IMG/VR virus record: IMGVR_UViG_3300025519_000001
Span: 64,001 to 128,000 of that record
Strand: one strand, 5' to 3'
Source: a virus
Length of the DNA: 64,000 bases
Numbering within the stretch: the stretch's first letter is position 1; every line of letters begins with the position of its first letter. Shown in pieces: positions 15,118-24,367 of this stretch. The notes under the pieces were generated by a model, which saw nothing but the letters and a program-made list of their open reading frames with translations, did no database searches and was not told the DNA's origin. The translations under genes and the position numbers were made by a program.

Positions 15118-18100
15118 ATAGGACGCTTTTCAAGTTTGCATAATCACAGCTATTATTCACTTCTCGATGCCGTAATGTCACCAGAAGAATTAGTTAAACA
15201 AGCTTATGATCTAGGCTTTAATGCTATCGCCTTGACGGAACATGGAAACATGCATAGCTTCATCGAAGGCTATAAAGCAGCACAAAAATTAGGAATAAAA
15301 TTTATTCCCGGTTGCGAAGTATACGAAACAACCGATATGGACTACAAAGAGAAGGATGCTGACCGCTACCATCTTATTCTTCTTGCAAAATCAGAAAAAG
15401 GTTTAAAAAATCTTTTTCAAATTGTTACCGCAGGAGCAACAAGGGGATTCTATGGAAAACCACGAGTAGACTTAAATTTGATGAGTCAGTATTCAGAAGA
15501 TATTATTTGTATGACGGCCTGCCTCGGGAGCAGAATTGACCGTTTACTTTATGGTGGACGATGCTCATGTTGTAATGACAATCACGATAAAGAATGTAAG
15601 AATTTTGAGCCAAAATGGGACTTAGCAAAAGAGTGGGTAAAAAAATACAAAGATGTTTTTGGAGGCAACTTTTATATTGAACTTCAATCACATGATACCG
15701 AAGCATCATATATTGCCAACCAGCGATTATTAAAATTAGCACAAGAAACAAATACAAAATATACGATCACATTTGATACGCATTTACGAGATGGATCTGA
15801 ATTACAAAAAGATATTCATCGTAAATTCATCCAAATCTCGCAAGATAGAGAAGTTGGAGAAACATATGAAGGATGTTGGCAAACAGACATTGAAACAATA
15901 CATAAAGTAATGGATAAACAAATTGGATATGATGCAGTTGAGCTTGGAATCGAGTATACAGATGAAGTTGCTGCTCAATGTAATGTTGAAATTAAATTAA
16001 AACAAGACTTGATGCCAAAAATCAAAATTCCTAAAGGGTTTAAAACTGAACAAGATTATCTTAAACATCTAATTCTTCAAGGTTGGAAAAAACGTGGAAT
16101 TGATAAATTCCCTCCAGAAAAGAAAAAAATTTATAAAGAGCGTATAGAGCGAGAATTTGAAGTTCTTGATTATTTGGGATATTGTAGTTATTTTATTATG
16201 CTTTATCAACTTATTAATAAAATGCGTGAGCGAAAAATTCCACTAGGATATAGTCGTGGTAGTGGAGGTAACTGTTTAACCTTATATGTTTTAGGTGTAA
16301 CGGAAGTTGATAGTATTAGATGGGGACTCGACTTTTCTCGTTTTGCCAACAAAGGACGCCGCGGTTCACCAGCCGACTACGACATAGATATCAGTCAGCT
16401 TCGCAGACAAGAAGCGTTAGAAATTGCAGCAGAACTCTTTGAGCAAGAAAGTATTGCTCAAGTGGCTACATTTAACTCAATGTCACCAAAAGTTTGCATT
16501 CGTGATTTGGGTAAAATTTTTGACGAAGAGGGGATTTATAAAATTCCATATGAGTTAAGAGATAAGATTGCAAAATTAATTCCAGATGACGCACAAGAGA
16601 AAATGACCATCGAAAGAGCCTTGGAAAAATCTGAAGAACTGCAATCTTATCAAAAAAAATTTCCATTACTATTCGAATATACAAAATACCTACAGAACTT
16701 GCCTAAGTCAGTAGGATGCCATGCTTCAGCAGTAATTATTGCACCAAGCCCTATCATTGAATTTGCACCTTTAATGCTAAATAAAAATGGAAACTTAATG
16801 ATGCAAATTGAAATGCATAATGCAATGGATGACATTGGGCTTGTTAAAATGGACTTTCTAGGACTTGTAACGGTTGACGTTGTAGATCAGGCATTAAAAC
16901 TTGCTGGCCTTGACTGGGACGATATTAGCTTATCGAAAATTAATCTTGATGACAAAAATGTGTTTGCAGAAATATATGCAAAAGGGAATACGCTTGGTGT
17001 TTTCCAAATGGAAGCTTATGTGGCACAAGAAATGTTCAAAAAAATGAATGCAGATACGATAGAAGATGTATTTGCTGTTAATGCAATGAATCGTCCTGCT
17101 ATTCTTTCTGTAGGAATGGATAAAGTATATATTCACAACAAGAAAAACCCTCAAGATGCAAAGTATATCCACGAAGATTTAAGGAATATTTTTGAACCAA
17201 CAAATGGAATTATGCTTTATCAAGAACAAGCCTTAAAAGTTTTCGCATTGGCTGGCTTTGACGAGAGTGAACAGGATAATGCGAGACGTGCTATTGGTAA
17301 AAAAATAAAAGAAGTAATGTTATCACTTTATGATAAATTTGAAAATGGTTTACTGAAAAGAAACTGGACAAAAGAACAAATTAAAGAATTGTGGGATTTG
17401 GTTGAAGCGCAAAGTACCTATTCTTTTAATTCGGGGCATAGTACAGCTTATGGTCTTCTATCATATGTTACTGCTTGGCTTAAATACTATTATCCTGTTG
17501 AATTTATGACAGCACTTTTAACTTCCGAAATCGGTAATTATCAACAAACATCAAAATACATTGCTGAATGTAAAAGAATGGGCATTAATGTTGTTGCACC
17601 TGATATTAATAAATCTGGTCGTTTATACACCATTCACGATGGAAAAATTATATTTGGATTAGAGTCACTTAAAGGTGTTGGAGAAAAAGCAGTTGAAGAA
17701 ATTCTTACAGAGAGAGAAAAGGGTAAGTTTACTTCATTAGAAAATTTTCTAGATCGTTGTAAGCTAGATTCTTCGACAGTAATTGCACTTATTAAATCTG
17801 GCTGCTTTGGCCCAAATAAAGATGAATTATTATTAGAATATGCCAAGAAAAATTTTTCATCAAGTGTATATAAGCCAGTAAGTTCTTTGCCATCAAAGAA
17901 AGTTTTGTATGAATTGAAAATTATTTCTTCTGATGAAGAATTTAAAAACAAAGAAGAATGTCTATCTAAATATAATCAATATAGGCAAAACAAATTCTTA
18001 GAAGAACAAAAACAAAAAGAAGAAAGATATTTGAATGAATTTAAAGAAAAGTATATGGATGCTCCAGAAATGTACGAATATGAAACTTTGTCCATCTTTA

Positions 18101-18426
18101 TCAATGGAAATCCATTTGAAAACGTAAAACATTATTTTAAACCATTTGATGATTATGAAGACGGAAAAGACTGTTATCCTATTGGAACAATTACGTCAGT
18201 TAAAAGAAAGAAGCAAAAGAATGGATTAACAATGGCTTATATCGAACTATTAACTCCTGACAAAATGATCGAAGGAATGGTATTTGCCAAACAATACGCA
18301 GAATATCAAGACATTCTTAAAAAAGGCTCTAATATCGTCGTAAAAGCAAAAAAGAGTGGAGAACAATTTATTGTAGACAAAATTAAAACACTAGAATACT
18401 GGAAAAATGAAAGAGGGATTAAGTGA
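15118..18426 (+). CDS. dnaE: DNA polymerase III alpha subunit (DnaE type)
   Basis: PHP LHNHSYYSLLDA and ALTEHG; SRGSGG; ADYDIDIS; KMDFLGL; C-terminal OB fold; the ORF track start is 15136, but RBS spacing favours ATA at 15118. Confidence 0.95.
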   Translation: MGRFSSLHNHSYYSLLDAVMSPEELVKQAYDLGFNAIALTEHGNMHSFIEGYKAAQKLGIKFIPGCEVYETTDMDYKEKDADRYHLILLAKSEKGLKNLFQIVTAGATRGFYGKPRVDLNLMSQYSEDIICMTACLGSRIDRLLYGGRCSCCNDNHDKECKNFEPKWDLAKEWVKKYKDVFGGNFYIELQSHDTEASYIANQRLLKLAQETNTKYTITFDTHLRDGSELQKDIHRKFIQISQDREVGETYEGCWQTDIETIHKVMDKQIGYDAVELGIEYTDEVAAQCNVEIKLKQDLMPKIKIPKGFKTEQDYLKHLILQGWKKRGIDKFPPEKKKIYKERIEREFEVLDYLGYCSYFIMLYQLINKMRERKIPLGYSRGSGGNCLTLYVLGVTEVDSIRWGLDFSRFANKGRRGSPADYDIDISQLRRQEALEIAAELFEQESIAQVATFNSMSPKVCIRDLGKIFDEEGIYKIPYELRDKIAKLIPDDAQEKMTIERALEKSEELQSYQKKFPLLFEYTKYLQNLPKSVGCHASAVIIAPSPIIEFAPLMLNKNGNLMMQIEMHNAMDDIGLVKMDFLGLVTVDVVDQALKLAGLDWDDISLSKINLDDKNVFAEIYAKGNTLGVFQMEAYVAQEMFKKMNADTIEDVFAVNAMNRPAILSVGMDKVYIHNKKNPQDAKYIHEDLRNIFEPTNGIMLYQEQALKVFALAGFDESEQDNARRAIGKKIKEVMLSLYDKFENGLLKRNWTKEQIKELWDLVEAQSTYSFNSGHSTAYGLLSYVTAWLKYYYPVEFMTALLTSEIGNYQQTSKYIAECKRMGINVVAPDINKSGRLYTIHDGKIIFGLESLKGVGEKAVEEILTEREKGKFTSLENFLDRCKLDSSTVIALIKSGCFGPNKDELLLEYAKKNFSSSVYKPVSSLPSKKVLYELKIISSDEEFKNKEECLSKYNQYRQNKFLEEQKQKEERYLNEFKEKYMDAPEMYEYETLSIFINGNPFENVKHYFKPFDDYEDGKDCYPIGTITSVKRKKQKNGLTMAYIELLTPDKMIEGMVFAKQYAEYQDILKKGSNIVVKAKKSGEQFIVDKIKTLEYWKNERGIK

Positions 18427-18669
18427 ATGAACAAAAAACCATTGAAAAATAAGCGTATCTATCTCACCATCATGGACGAAAATGGCGATGAAATCACTCT
18501 TTCATTCAGATCAAAAAAATCCTTAAACGAGTATATCAATCAAAGTAATTATCCTGTAATAAAAATTGATAATAAACGCCCCAAACCTGATTTAGCACAT
18601 ATTTCAAAAAAGGAAATAGAAGGATTGGAAAAGTTAGTGGCTACTTTAAATCCTAATTATGATAAATAA
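18427..18669 (+). CDS. Hypothetical protein
   Basis: 80 aa ORF directly after the dnaE stop. Confidence 0.65.
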   Translation: MNKKPLKNKRIYLTIMDENGDEITLSFRSKKSLNEYINQSNYPVIKIDNKRPKPDLAHISKKEIEGLEKLVATLNPNYDK

Positions 18670-18685
18670 AAAAAGGAGGATATAC

Positions 18686-19225
18686 TTGGCGAGTAAAGAC
18701 GGAAAGATATTTCAAGAAGATTTTCAAAACAGTTGTATAAAAGATGGATTATTTGAAGATCGAATAAAAGATGTTTACATACCACCAGAATTTAGAACAA
18801 AGATTCCGGTGGTGAAAAACAAGTATGATTTTTATATTTACTTAAAACCTAATCTTTTTCCTCTTGAATTAAAATCCGTTCAAGAAAATAGAATTAGCTT
18901 TTCAGAAAGTATAATTAAAAAACATCAAATCGAAGCACTAGAAGAAGCATCAAAGTATGATGGAGTAATTGCGGGATTCATCTTTAACTTTAGGTCATTT
19001 AATAATAAGACATACTTTGTACACATTAAAGATTTTCTTGAATATAAGCATGTAGCTGAGAATCAAATAAAAGAACATAAATATAAATCAAAGGTCAATA
19101 AAAGCAGTATTCCAATTGGCATCTGTGAAGAAATAGGTCTTGAAATTAAAAATAAGATACTAAAAACAAGATATCGATACGAAGTTAAAAATTTTGTATT
19201 GGAGGCTGCTAAGAGATATGGATGA
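18686..19225 (+). CDS. RecU-like Holliday junction resolvase (PD-(D/E)XK)
   Basis: GKIFQEDF, YDF, LELKS, HQIEAL; TTG start after aggagg. Confidence 0.75.
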   Translation: MASKDGKIFQEDFQNSCIKDGLFEDRIKDVYIPPEFRTKIPVVKNKYDFYIYLKPNLFPLELKSVQENRISFSESIIKKHQIEALEEASKYDGVIAGFIFNFRSFNNKTYFVHIKDFLEYKHVAENQIKEHKYKSKVNKSSIPIGICEEIGLEIKNKILKTRYRYEVKNFVLEAAKRYG

Positions 19226-19358
19226 GAAAGATTCTTCTAAAAATTATAAAAAGATAAAAATACATAACATAGAATATTTAAGAGAAATCGATCTAAAGTC
19301 ATTTTTATTTACATACATAATGAATGAACTAGATAAAATTAAAAATAAAAATTATTGA
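19218..19358 (+). CDS. Small hypothetical protein (46 aa) upstream of the integrase
   Basis: ggagg RBS; start overlaps the end of the preceding gene. Confidence 0.4.
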   Translation: MDEKDSSKNYKKIKIHNIEYLREIDLKSFLFTYIMNELDKIKNKNY

Positions 19359-19372
19359 TGAAAATAAAAATT

Positions 19373-19410
19373 AGCTATGGTATAATTATCCATAGCTTTT
19401 CCTTTTATTT
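19373..19410 (+). promoter_or_regulatory. Inverted repeat enclosing a TGnTATAAT and followed by a T-tract (terminator and/or integrase promoter-operator)
   Basis: agctatgg-tataattat-ccatagct-tttcctttt. Confidence 0.5.
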
Positions 19411-19429
19411 CATGGAGGACTGATAAAAT

Positions 19430-21022
19430 TTGAAAACTTGTATTTATGCTAGAAAATCCACACATAAACTTGGTCAAAAAGAAACAATAGAGAACCAAAT
19501 AAAAATATGTCGTTCTAAAGGTAAAGAATTAGGATTAGAAATAGTTGACATAAAACAAGATGTTGGCACAGGAAGAGATGATTTAAATCGACCAGAAATA
19601 AAAGAATTGATTAGTGATGCACTTGAAGGAAAATATCAATGCGTAATAATGAAAGGAATAAGTCGTCTTTTTAGAGACACTGAAAAGGGACTTGGGCTAA
19701 TTAAACTTTTAGATCGGAATAATATTCGTGTAATTACTGTTGAAGAAATGTTTGACTCTGGGAATCCTGAGAGTAGAACAGGAACAGGCAAATTAGATTT
19801 ATCTAAAATTACAATGTACTTAATGTTTTCCGAAATGGAATCAAAAAAGCTAGGCGATAGGGTAAAATATACACAAATAGAAAAAGCAAAAAATGGAGAA
19901 TGGAATCAACCCAATAATACTCCTTTTGGATATTCTTATAATCCAGAGACAAAAAAATTAATTGTCAATCCAGAAGAAGCAAAAATAGTAAAATTGATTT
20001 TTGATCTTTATAGAAATGGACTTGGAATACGATCAATAATGAATTATCTTAATGGTGAAAATCAAGAAAAAATAAAATATCCTACTCCCAATAAAGGTAA
20101 ACTATGGAATCAGTATACTATTAACTTTATTTTAAAAAATGAAGCATATACAGGTGATGTTATTTACAATAAGAGAACCAAAAAAGAAAGAACTTATAAA
20201 AATCCTGAACTTTACGGAAAAGACAAAAGTGATATTTGGATAGGAGCAGATTATAATCCAGAAGAAGAATGGATTATTGCTAGAAATGCTCATGAACCTA
20301 TAATATCAAGAGATATGTTTGCTGATGTACAAAGAATTATGAATAATAAAGCAACCAGAAAAGGGATTAGGAGTAATGTTGGATTGTTAGCTGGAATAGC
20401 TAAATGCGGATTATGTGGAGCAAGTATGACTTTTAAGAGAGGAAATCGAGATAAAAATGGTAGAATTAAAACACGAAATAATTATTATTGCATGAATTAT
20501 ATAAAATATGGAAATAAAGTATGCACTTCACATCATGTTAAGGCTGAAGATTTAGAAAATACAATTATTGATGAAATTGAAGCATTGGCAAAGGACGAGA
20601 AAATGTTGAACGATTTAATAATTGAAATTTGTCAAATAAGAAAAAACGACAAAGAAATTCAAAGATTAAAAAATGAACAAAATTACTACGAGAATGAAAT
20701 CGAAAAAACATTGAATAAAATGAATAAACTACTTGAACGAAATATTGAAGGTATTATTTCGGACGTTCAGTTTAAAGAGATGAATAAACGATTTTCTGAA
20801 GAATTGCAGAAATATCAAGAGCAATTACTTGAAATTAAAGAAAAAATACCTAAACTTAAAGAAGAAGAATTTAGAATCGATGAATTTAAAAAATTAATAT
20901 CAAGATGTATAAATTTAAAAGAAAAGACAAAAGAAGAAATTCGACATTTGTTGTTAGGGCTAATAAATAAAGTGATAATCAATGAAAAAGGGGAGATCGA
21001 AAAATTGACATATAAATTTTAA
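19430..21022 (+). CDS. Large serine recombinase (integrase)
   Basis: YARKST catalytic Ser, SRLFR, recombinase domain, CGLC..YYC..C zinc ribbon, coiled coil. Confidence 0.93.
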   Translation: MKTCIYARKSTHKLGQKETIENQIKICRSKGKELGLEIVDIKQDVGTGRDDLNRPEIKELISDALEGKYQCVIMKGISRLFRDTEKGLGLIKLLDRNNIRVITVEEMFDSGNPESRTGTGKLDLSKITMYLMFSEMESKKLGDRVKYTQIEKAKNGEWNQPNNTPFGYSYNPETKKLIVNPEEAKIVKLIFDLYRNGLGIRSIMNYLNGENQEKIKYPTPNKGKLWNQYTINFILKNEAYTGDVIYNKRTKKERTYKNPELYGKDKSDIWIGADYNPEEEWIIARNAHEPIISRDMFADVQRIMNNKATRKGIRSNVGLLAGIAKCGLCGASMTFKRGNRDKNGRIKTRNNYYCMNYIKYGNKVCTSHHVKAEDLENTIIDEIEALAKDEKMLNDLIIEICQIRKNDKEIQRLKNEQNYYENEIEKTLNKMNKLLERNIEGIISDVQFKEMNKRFSEELQKYQEQLLEIKEKIPKLKEEEFRIDEFKKLISRCINLKEKTKEEIRHLLLGLINKVIINEKGEIEKLTYKF

Positions 21023-21029
21023 TTTTTTA

Positions 21030-21078
21030 GTGTCTACAGTGATAGGAAGGGCGTGCCGGTATAAACAGTGTAGAAAAT
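21030..21078. other. Probable attP site
   Basis: Imperfect inverted arms tctacagtg...cagtgtaga around a GC-rich core ggaagggcgtgccgg, directly after the integrase. Confidence 0.55.
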
Positions 21079-21269
21079 ACAGTACACACAACATGTAGAT
21101 CGCTTAACGAAAACATCAACTATATATTGGCCTGAAAAATTCGTGTTTAACCTTATTCTTTAAAGACATTGACATTCTTATGGTGCTTATTATTTTTTAT
21201 TCCACATTTGCCCATTTTGTGATAGAATGGTTCTTTGGTAAGGGTCACACAAGCAAAATTAGGAGGAAA

Positions 21270-21764
21270 ATGGTCGAAATGAAATGGTTTTTGCCAATTT
21301 GTGTTGCAGCTATTTGTTTGGTCGGTTGCGCAGAAACTAACGAAACCAGTTCTTCAATTGAAAGTTCGGTAAATGTTTCTGCTAGTACGAGCAGTAATTC
21401 TCCTAGTCCCCAGACTAGTTCAACACCTAAACCTGTCATTGAGTCAACACCTAAACCTTCAAAAGCGGAAACTGAAACGGCAAGTCAACGTAATGCAATT
21501 CGTAAAGCGAAGGACTATTTGAGCATTATGTCCTTTTCCAAAAAAGGATTAATTGAACAACTGGAATTTGATGGGTATCCTAGTGCTGATGCACAATATG
21601 CAGCAGATCACATTGACGTGAATTGGGACGAACAAGCCGAAAAAAAGGCAAAAGAATATCTTGAAGTTATGTCGTTCTCAAAACAGGAACTTAAAGAACA
21701 ATTAGAGTTTGATGGGTTCACAAGCGAGCAAGCCGCATATGGTGTTAACAAAGCATATCAATAA
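21270..21764 (+). CDS. Ltp-family surface lipoprotein (superinfection exclusion)
   Basis: Lipobox LVGC, S/T/P-rich linker, two Ltp repeats (AKDYL..MSFSK..L.EQLEFDG). Confidence 0.85.
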   Translation: MVEMKWFLPICVAAICLVGCAETNETSSSIESSVNVSASTSSNSPSPQTSSTPKPVIESTPKPSKAETETASQRNAIRKAKDYLSIMSFSKKGLIEQLEFDGYPSADAQYAADHIDVNWDEQAEKKAKEYLEVMSFSKQELKEQLEFDGFTSEQAAYGVNKAYQ

Positions 21765-21776
21765 ACCATAAAGCAG

Positions 21777-21805
21777 ACTCCCGTATAGCGGGAGTTTTCT
21801 TTTTT
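21777..21805 (+). terminator. Intrinsic terminator
   Basis: actcccg-tatag-cgggagt followed by a T-tract. Confidence 0.8.
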
Positions 21806-21884
21806 GAAAATGGCAAATATGATAAATTAGGTGGTGGAAATTCTGCGTAAACGCATTTAGCATATTTGCAAAAGGAGATTTGTC

Positions 21885-22271
21885 ATGCGTTATTTGTTTG
21901 CCAAGAAGATTAAGTGTACAAAATGCCAAGGAAACTTTCGCGGAATAACCGAAAGAGGAAAGCGTAAGTATTACTGTTCAACATATCATAATTATCGAAC
22001 TTGTATTCGCTACAAGATCAATGAAGATGATCTAATTTATTTTGTTTGCAATCACATGGAAATACAGCAATTGAAAAACGGATATGGATTAGGGGGAAGT
22101 CGGGGGAGAGGTAGACCTAAAAAGAATGTTGAAGAAAAGAAAGTTGTTAATCTAAAAACAATAGAAGAGTACGTTGAAAAAATAGAAGTTGACCCGGAAA
22201 ATCATAGAATAGAATTATTTTATACAGACGGATCGAACACTTTATTATCTCCGGCTCATGATTCATATTAA
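21885..22271 (+). CDS. Stand-alone recombinase zinc-ribbon-like protein
   Basis: KIKCTKC..YYC..C pattern and C-terminal VEKIEV, like an LSR C-terminus lacking its coiled coil. Confidence 0.7.
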   Translation: MRYLFAKKIKCTKCQGNFRGITERGKRKYYCSTYHNYRTCIRYKINEDDLIYFVCNHMEIQQLKNGYGLGGSRGRGRPKKNVEEKKVVNLKTIEEYVEKIEVDPENHRIELFYTDGSNTLLSPAHDSY

Positions 22272-22277
22272 AAAAAT

Positions 22278-22348
22278 AGCCTCCCTCAAATAAAATTTCA
22301 ATTTAGGACGACAGTCCATTTTTTGAAATAAAAGGGTTGAGGGAGGCT
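22278..22348 (-). terminator. Long hairpin terminator of the lysis operon
   Basis: agcctccctcaa...ttgagggaggct 12-bp stem with a T-tract on the - strand. Confidence 0.6.
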
Positions 22349-22449
22349 GAGGGCACATTGTTATCAAAAATGTTTATTTTTCAAAAAAAATTTTTAGGAT
22401 GACACAATGCGCGACTAAACTTAATTTCTAAAGTCTTTTGGTGGAGGCT

Positions 22450-22845
22450 TCACTTCTTTACGTTTTCCCAAAACTTCAAGCTTTCTTCAATTATAATTTT
22501 AATCAAATTCTTGTCATTGTCGGATGGGGTAATACCGAGTGTTTCAAGGATTTCATTTACAACGTCATTAGCCAATTTTTCTTTATCTTCAATAGTCGTA
22601 ACCTGACTTAAATAATATACGTAATCGGCAACTGCATCAGCAATATCGAGAACTTCTGTTGCTGTTTTTTCGATATTTTCTTTTAGTCCTAAATCACTAA
22701 TAATGTTTTTTGCAATATTAATGACATTAATAGCTATGCCCATATTATCACGAGATATAATATGTTTCTTTTCTAAATATTTAAAAACAATAGCAACAAT
22801 CAATATCCCAATGACTACAGATGCAACTGTCATCAAAGTTTCCAT
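22450..22845 (-). CDS. Putative holin-like membrane protein
   Basis: N-terminal TM helix; downstream of the endolysin. Confidence 0.55.
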   Translation of the reverse strand: METLMTVASVVIGILIVAIVFKYLEKKHIISRDNMGIAINVINIAKNIISDLGLKENIEKTATEVLDIADAVADYVYYLSQVTTIEDKEKLANDVVNEILETLGITPSDNDKNLIKIIIEESLKFWENVKK

Positions 22846-22858
22846 TGCATTTCACTCC

Positions 22859-23767
22859 TTATTTATAGTAAATATAGACTTTCTTGTTTACATTGTCCCA
22901 AGATACTTTGGCACTCAGCAAAGTTCCAACATCTGCAACTTGCACAAAAGTAATACCTTCAACAACTTGGAAATTTTTAATCTCTTTGCCGTTTATATAA
23001 GGAATCTTGCTTGTGTTATCCCAAGCAACTGTTTTATTTAGCGCTTCTCCTATTGTCCTCAAAGGCAAATAAATATGACCATCGATATTTCTGCCATATG
23101 CAACTAACTTGTCATTAACTACAACCTTTATGTTATCAAGAATATTCCCACAAATTTGATCGAAATAGGATTTTTCCATAACGTCAAGATCTACATTACC
23201 TTTAATGCCCGGTACTGAACCTGTGCTACTGTATTGGAAAATTGTCCATGTAGACCAAGTGTTATTGTCAAGTGGTTTAGTGACACCGTAATGAGCAATC
23301 CAAAGAGGATACTTGCCCAATGTTTTATTGAGTTCGTCACGAGCAAAATATGCGCCAGTATATATCATTACATCCCCTAGGGTGCCTCTTACCGTTTCAA
23401 GCCATAGCACCGCTAATTTTGACAAAGCATCTGTACTCAATGTTTTACACTTTGCATCTTCCAAGTCTAAAACATAAGGAAGATCAGACTTTAAACTTTT
23501 AACAATTTGAATAAAATGTTGTGCTTCTGCCTTTGCCTCAGATTCATTTGTAAAAGTACCATAATGATAAAAACCCAACTTAATATTGTTTGCTTTCGCA
23601 CCGTTGTAATTGTTTTGAAGTTCACTGTCAACCATCATCAAACCTTGGGTTGCTTTCAATAGAGCAAATTTATAACCTGCCCTCGCAACCTTATTCCAAT
23701 CAATTTTTCCCTGATGGTGAGATACGTCCAGTCCCGGAACATTCGTGTTACTGTTCATACTTTGCAT
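22859..23767 (-). CDS. GH25 muramidase endolysin with a C-terminal wall-binding domain
   Basis: GLDVSHHQG, LKATQG, VLDLE, LWIAHY, QYSSTG..GI.GNVDLD; likely start MQSM after ggagggg. Confidence 0.92.
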   Translation of the reverse strand: MQSMNSNTNVPGLDVSHHQGKIDWNKVARAGYKFALLKATQGLMMVDSELQNNYNGAKANNIKLGFYHYGTFTNESEAKAEAQHFIQIVKSLKSDLPYVLDLEDAKCKTLSTDALSKLAVLWLETVRGTLGDVMIYTGAYFARDELNKTLGKYPLWIAHYGVTKPLDNNTWSTWTIFQYSSTGSVPGIKGNVDLDVMEKSYFDQICGNILDNIKVVVNDKLVAYGRNIDGHIYLPLRTIGEALNKTVAWDNTSKIPYINGKEIKNFQVVEGITFVQVADVGTLLSAKVSWDNVNKKVYIYYK

Positions 23768-23853
23768 TATATCCCCTCCAAATTTCTTATTATATGCCCA
23801 ATTCCATGGTAAAATTTTATTGGACAACATTCCTTCACAATGCTCAAGCAAGG

Positions 23854-24312
23854 CTATTGGTTTATGTCGTCTTTGTTATTTTTGTCGTCCTCAGACTTTT
23901 CTTGGAGTATCGCTATAACCTTTCTAAAAATTGTAGGTGTCTTCAAACCACACCTTCCGTAGTTTTCGATAATTGAAATTAATTCATTTGCAAGCCAAAA
24001 GTAGATGACTCCATTCATTACGACATTAAAATCTAAAGCTAAATCAATTCGATGTCCCAAAAATACCATAAGAAGCATAAGTCCCTTTTTAAACAGACCC
24101 CAAAAACCAACTGCACTCCTAAGTCCTTTTCCTTCCTTTATGCTTGCAGCACAACCAGTTATATAATCAATAGCAAAAACCCAAAGTAGAAGTTCCAAAG
24201 TTCCAGACCATCCCCCAAAAGCATAAGTAAGACTTGAACCCAAAATTCCAGATATAAAATACATATGGGATAGGTCTTTATTTGCAAGTAATTTAAAAGT
24301 AATATTCTCCAA
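23854..24312 (-). CDS. Phage holin (holin_4/TcdE-like)
   Basis: FGGWS..L, DYITG, ANELISIIEN.G motifs. Confidence 0.88.
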   Translation of the reverse strand: MENITFKLLANKDLSHMYFISGILGSSLTYAFGGWSGTLELLLWVFAIDYITGCAASIKEGKGLRSAVGFWGLFKKGLMLLMVFLGHRIDLALDFNVVMNGVIYFWLANELISIIENYGRCGLKTPTIFRKVIAILQEKSEDDKNNKDDINQ

Positions 24313-24331
24313 AAATTTCACCCCAAAATAG

Positions 24332-24365
24332 AAAGGGACACCTTTAGCAGATGTCCCTTTTTTAT
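24332..24365. terminator. Hairpin terminator
   Basis: aaagggaca...tgtcccttt. Confidence 0.6.
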
Positions 24366-24367
24366 TG

